Shown: piece by piece, positions 59,701-64,000 of the stretch
Layout: every line of letters starts with the position of its first letter
How positions within the stretch are numbered: the first letter of the stretch is position 1
DNA from: Lingula anatina
Lineage: Eukaryota > Animalia > Brachiopoda
DNA length: 64,000 bases
Reading direction: 5' to 3'
Assembly: GCA_051362555.1 (NCBI GenBank)
Contig: CM120640.1
Location: 26,522,225 to 26,586,224, forward strand
The notes under the pieces: model-generated
The model's database searches: none
Told to the model about the DNA's origin: nothing
Seen by the model: only the letters and a program-made list of their open reading frames with translations
Translations under genes and position numbers: made by a program

Positions 59701-62700
59701 TTATGGGGATGCTGTATGGAGCTGGTGACAGGGAAAGTTATGGACTGCCAATAGGCATGCGCTTAGTTGAAAATGTGGTGAGTTGAAATTTTAAAGAACT
59801 TGGTTGGAATATAAATATCTAAACTTCTTTATGAATTATGCATGTATTATTACATAAGCCTGAGTTTATACAGTTAATAGGGCTTGTTTTGCAACTGTAT
59901 ACTCAAGTATGGTAAATATTGCAGATGATGCATAATACATTTGGCTATGCAAGAAGAAAGCACACTTAGCACAAAACACATTTTGTCAGTGTTTAATCAA
60001 TTTGCCATAGCACTTTGTTTGAAAGCATGAATTTTATTGTTTTTTGCACATTTTTTACATTTTACCTAGGATCAAGGAGGTAAGATTGGATAACTAGAAA
60101 CCAATAGTATAATGCTTTGTGATTCTTGTGTCTTTTTCCTCATCCTTTTGTCCCTTTAATTAATATGTAAGCTTTACATTTTCTATTTTTCAGTATCTTA
60201 ATCCCCAAAAGCTAAATAATTAATCACTGACTTTCCAGACTTTCTTGAAACTTACCATCAAAACATGTCTTCTTTTGTATCGGTCTGAGTTTTGACTTTA
60301 CTATTTGATAATAGCCAGTTGTACAGCGGCATTACTATTCATCATTATGCTATGTTTTCCATTTCATGACTAGGACAAAATGCATCTACAGGTTAAAGCT
60401 GAATTTTGAAATAATGATTATTATGTATGATTATGCACAGTGTATGTGTTAGTCAGGCACAGGTGCTGTTGGGGTAGGGAGTAGTATTTGTATACATGTA
60501 TGGAATATGGGCCGGTGTCAACATAAGTATTGGGTTGTTTTCATTTTCTATGTACATATTACACTACATAATGGCATTTTCAAATACATTATCTCTGCTT
60601 GCTAGCTGACCATCTCTTAGTGTTGGCATCTTTGAAGTTTTTCTCTTTTTGAATTCTCTGTGAGGGAATTGTTTAACTGTAATCACAGAAATATATTCAC
60701 TGCAACGACATATTTGTGAAATAATCATGATGAGGATATCCATTTTTACTGAATTAATGAATTTCACATTGAAGTTGTAATTTCAATAAATCTTTTTTAT
60801 TTTAAATGATGATTTTCTGAATTTTGGGGTTTTATTTACGAAAAAACCCTTTTAGAATATAAGATAAAACTGAAAAGTAGAAATTAGGATATTTGTACAT
60901 TTTTAATGTAGAATTTGTGTCAATATCATATTTAATGTGTCAAATATTAACTCTAACTTTTTAATATAGGTTTTGAGAGCTGGACCAACATTTCCATGCA
61001 GTTGAGGACTTTGTCCAACAGTACAGAGCAGCTGATGCTGGACACACAGGTCTTAGCACAGCAGGCAGAACAACATGCCCAGACTGTCACTGCAGCTGCA
61101 CAGGCTATTCAAAGGTACTGCTGTGTGAAAATCTTGTCCTAGATTATACTTGTGATATGATGTTTAAGAATTCATAGCAATAATAATGTAGTCATACAAA
61201 TGACGGATTACAATCTAAATTTGAAAGAGTTTGTTTTGCCTTGAATCTGCTGTAATTTGTTTGAATATTTAAGTTGCCATTGTTTGATGTGGATATATCA
61301 AGATTTGTAATATTGTAAGATATATCAAAGACACCATTACAAGATCATACTGAATCCAGTGTTGTCAAATTTTTAGTAAAGTGATTTGCCTTATTCTGAC
61401 AATAAATACATTTTTAAAAATGACATTAAAGGTGTAGTTTAGCCATCTATACATCTCCTTACTATGTTTCCAGGGAGTTCTCCCTTGTAGAATCCAGAGG
61501 TGCCATGGCAGTGGATGCTATACAAAAGTATCAAGATGTTGCCAGAACTCTGAACTCCTCTCTGTACCTGGCTCAAGATGCCAACAACACAGTGACTCAG
61601 GCCATGCAGTCCATGCAGGACATCACAGTGGTAGACCTCCAGAACCAGGCACAGACCAGCTCACAGGCTAGTTTGGACATGAAGGCCCAAGTTGATGCAA
61701 GGGTTATAAATCTTGCAGGTAATTATGGTTTAATGAAGTGGTTTATTGTAGATTTTCTACATTTTGGATAAAGTAATTGCACTCAAAAGGAGTCCAGTGT
61801 TATCAAGTTTTCAGTAAGATGAATAGACTTTGTACTAAGTGTGTACTATAAAGGTTTTTTTTTCATTTTTGGGGAATTTTTTTAAAGACAGGATATTCAT
61901 GATTGCCAATGAGAGCTAACACAGCAATACTCATAAATTCATCATACATTATTTTAAGTTTAGCCAATTTTCATATTTCTTTATCAATAAAAGTTTTATA
62001 AAGTTACTTTTTTAACCAAGGCAAAATAATCAAACTGAAATTTTCTATGATTATGTAAAGCCATGCCGTGTGTTAGCCTGCCTTTAAATATATGACAGAT
62101 AATATTTTTGCTGAATCTTTATGTGAACCAATTTGTTTGATTAGGTCTCAACTCCCAGTTGAATTCTGCCAACTCCAGTCTGCAGTCAGCAGTAGGCATG
62201 TGGGCTGGTTTAGAGACACAGATAGCCAACCTGGAGGCAAGAGCTGCACAAGTGAATGCAGCTTCTGCAGGTACACAGGCACTATAGATAGATAGAACAA
62301 TAATACTGCCTTGTATTATTACATTTCTTCTATATTTCTTAATTTTTGTTGCGACAGTCACCAGTGCTGTGTGCCACAATTCTGTGAAATTATAAGCAGT
62401 TTTACATTGGGTATTTTTAAACAGGAACAATCTCGAATATCAAAAAATCATTTCTGTTTTTCAAAAGGTTTGTTTTCAAATTTTCAGATCCAGGCATTAT
62501 GACCTTGCTGGACTCAGCTAACAATACAGCCACCCAGGCTCAACAGCTGAGTGACCAGGTGCTCCAGGCTGACCAGAGTGACCAGAGCCAAATCCAAGCT
62601 CAGGAGGATCTCGTAGCTGTCATACAGACTAGTGTTAACAGCATATCAGTGGTCACTGCACAAATTAATGCAGAATGTAAGTCGATTTAAATTGAAATGA

Positions 62701-63793
62701 ATTTACTGTGTAGGGTTTTTTTTTAATTGGTTTGTCGATGGATTTGCCGAAGAAGTTGCTGGAATTTTTTTTAAAAAATATACTTTGTAAAAGAAATACA
62801 TTTGTATCCCACTGCAGTGAAATGATGTATCAAGTAACTGATGCAATTCTAAAGTATTGAAGAACATAGATAAGGATTATTTGAAGGGAGACATAGTGAT
62901 TTAAAATATCTTTTTGTATACCTTGTGTCAGCCTTTTGAAACCCCAATTTTCCAATTTTCAGTACAAAGCTACAAAATAATGTACAGTCAGATGCAGAGT
63001 CGACTGACCGCAATCAACCAATTCCACAGTGAAACTAATGCCACAAGATACCGACTATCAGCAAAAATGGCGAGCATAGAGGCCAAGCTTGCTCGTGCCA
63101 AGCAGCTAGCATCTAGCCTTGAGCGCCCTGTGAGCTTCCCAGGCAGTGCACACATCACAGTGCAAAACCCATCCCTAGAGAGCAGAATATTCAATGAGCT
63201 GTCCCTAGAGTTCAGGGCAAGCCAGGAGAATGCTACAGGGGTGATCTTCTATGCTGATGGCACAGCTGATAACTCCTGGCTGACTCTGTATGTGAACCAT
63301 GGTACATTGGTTTTTGAATTCAACCTGGGGAGTGGCATAGTAAGAATGGAGAGCTTAGCTACTATTTGCAGTGGCTGCTGGCTCAAAGTTTTAGCCAACA
63401 GGTAAGGTGGTAGCAGCATCTAGGCTGCTGTGATGTGATGGATTCTAGAAGTTAATGACAATGACATGAGTTTGTACGATACCTTATGCCAGTAATGTTT
63501 ATATTAGTGAAAACTTCCTTTTTATTAAGTTAATGAATACTGGTGATTATTCATTAAGAATGTTACAAGTTATTTTAAGATGTTATTGGTATAATACATT
63601 CTCCAGGGATGAAAAGGAAAGTAGATATTAATACATGGGAATATTTCTTAAAAGGTATACCAGCACTGGTCACCTGACAGTGACCAGAATGTCCACAGGG
63701 GGCTCTACTACAGCATATGGAGAGAACAATGTGGGGAACTCCCTCCAACTGGGGGCAGACTTGGTCCTTGCAGGAATGCCATCCAATGCTAAG
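35793..63793 (+). CDS. Laminin alpha-like chain (signal peptide, LN, LE repeats, LF-like, LE, L4, LE, coiled coil interrupted by 3 IgGFc-binding-type domains, LG1...), 3'-partial
   Basis: 42 phase-consistent exons: 35793-36128, 37302-37532, 38066-38104, 38381-38458, 40182-40374, 40658-40789, 41138-41313, 41590-41695, 41946-42098, 42455-42563, 42744-42879, 43070-43193, 43408-43556, 43939-44045, 44462-44679, 47235-47587, 47843-47983, 48242-48732, 48955-49063, 49371-49512, 49928-50108, 50350-50546, 50747-50890, 51140-51292, 51587-51736, 52157-52419, 52523-52699, 52898-53038, 53183-53332, 53931-54087, [55054-56369, 56554-56566, 56793-58081, 58231-58243, 58477-59777, 60070-60079], 60970-61114, 61474-61718, 62145-62270, 62488-62676, 62963-63401, 63655-63793. 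Signal peptide [19 protein letters not shown]; LN motifs [15 protein letters not shown] and [17 protein letters not shown]; alpha-type LE2 ([17 protein letters not shown]...[14 protein letters not shown]); many LE repeats; L4 domain ending [16 protein letters not shown]; CLDC start of a heptad region; LG start (ELSLEFR...[19 protein letters not shown]). Confidence 0.9.
38519..39719. mobile_element. Non-autonomous hAT-like DNA element (~1.2 kb) with a 5-bp flanking duplication
   Basis: Imperfect 11-bp TIR CAGTGCACTCG / CAGTAAACTCG (reverse complement of 39709-39719), TACTG directly flanking both ends, and a CpG-rich interior in an otherwise CpG-poor intron. Confidence 0.6.
44312..44397. repeat. 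Exact 42-bp tandem duplication
   Basis: AGGTAAAAGAAACATTGCCTCTATTTTTTATCATATGGGCTC occurs twice head-to-tail (44312, 44354). Confidence 0.9.
45010..47223 (+). mobile_element. Helentron-associated non-autonomous element (HINE / DINE-1-like)
   Basis: 5' hairpin ATGTACAGACAC-agat-GTGTCTGTACAT (45010-45037), (GTCGCC)n microsatellite (~45055-45097), and central tandem arrays (~159-bp units at 45183/45342/45501; ~398-bp units at 45560/45958; ~300-340-bp units at 46366/46703/~47005). A 3' subterminal IR TGTCTGTACAT (47192-47202) is followed by a short stem-loop GACAGCTTTGCTGCC, and both flanks are T-runs. This matches the canonical HINE layout. Confidence 0.8.
53542..53878. mobile_element. Kolobok-like MITE (337 bp)
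   Basis: Perfect 19-bp TIR AGGGATAATAACTCTTCGT at both ends with TTAA on each flank (53538-53541, 53879-53882). TTAA TSD with RR...YY termini is typical of Kolobok; piggyBac termini start CC. Confidence 0.8.
55054..56369 (+). CDS. Laminin cassette exon 1: IgGFc-binding protein N-terminal-type domain
   Basis: 1316-nt exon, tttcag acceptor (phase 1), cag|gtaggt donor (phase 0). Motifs [75 protein letters not shown] are typical of the FCGBP N-terminal (IgGFc_binding) family. Confidence 0.88.
56554..56566 (+). CDS. 13-nt microexon (YEVT+g) completing cassette module 1
   Basis: Preceded by a ~30-nt pyrimidine tract ending ctcag and followed by gtatgt. It converts phase 0 to phase 1 exactly as needed to join 56369 to 56793. 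Confidence 0.72.
56793..58081 (+). CDS. Laminin cassette exon 2: IgGFc-binding protein N-terminal-type domain
   Basis: 1289-nt exon, ttcag acceptor (phase 1), ttg|gtgagt donor (phase 0). Motifs [63 protein letters not shown]. Confidence 0.88.
58231..58243 (+). CDS. 13-nt microexon (EGIQ+g) completing cassette module 2
   Basis: Pyrimidine tract ending tttcag, donor aag|gtaaag; phase 0 to phase 1, same length and position as the microexon in module 1. Confidence 0.72.
58477..59777 (+). CDS. Laminin cassette exon 3: IgGFc-binding protein N-terminal-type domain
   Basis: 1301-nt exon, tatag acceptor (phase 1), gtg|gtgagt donor (phase 0). Motifs [70 protein letters not shown]. Confidence 0.88.
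60070..60079 (+). CDS. 10-nt microexon (DQG+g) completing cassette module 3
   Basis: T-rich tract ending cctag, strong donor gag|gtaaga; phase 0 to phase 1, matching the phase-1 acceptor of the coiled-coil exon at 60970. Confidence 0.68.
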
Positions 63794-64000
63794 GTATGTG
63801 AATCTGCTGAAGGCCATTTAGGTGCACAAAATATGATTTGTTTAGACTTTTTATCATATAAAAAACATGTTATAATGGGCATATGTATCCACTGACTTAT
63901 AATAGAAAACAAAGGAGTTGATCTCATTTCTTTTTAATGCTTGTTTCTAGACACAGACTGATGAAATTTTTTAAAATTTTTTAAAGTAGTGTGAAAATTT

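Noticed and set aside
54936-59786. The three long ORFs (499, 460, 447 aa) as independent intronless genes, a nested gene cluster or a bacterial HGT/contaminant operon
   Set aside because: Domain homology starts exactly at AG acceptors and ends at GT donors whose phases fit the laminin. The ORF extensions beyond the splice sites look intronic, there are no convincing signal peptides, and composition matches neighbouring exons. A nested transcript cannot be fully excluded without RNA data.

Overview
AT-rich, intron-rich eukaryotic (animal) genomic DNA; the CpG-depleted gene bodies and Helentron-type repeats suggest a marine invertebrate such as a mollusc (inference). I reconstructed three spliced genes by hand, with GT-AG junctions and intron phases consistent throughout. 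(1) The 3' part of a THSD4/ADAMTSL6-like gene (+, 11 exons, 6346-28387; Cys-rich end, spacer, Arg/Tyr-rich insert, 6 TSP1 repeats, PLAC). (2) A complete proteasome subunit alpha type-4 gene, PSMA4 (-, 8 coding exons, 260 aa, 31473-35297). (3) Head-to-head with PSMA4, a divergent laminin alpha-like gene (+, from 35793, 42 exons in the window, running off the right end within the first LG domain). The main novelty is in the laminin gene. Three ~440-aa IgGFc-binding-protein (FCGBP) N-terminal-type domains sit in frame at the midpoint of the coiled coil. Each is encoded by a ~1.3-kb exon plus a 10-13-nt microexon, forming a symmetric phase 1-1 module that could be included or skipped independently. 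Introns also carry several non-autonomous DNA transposons (Tc1/mariner-like, Kolobok-like, hAT-like, Helentron/HINE-like, palindromic MITEs) and microsatellites.
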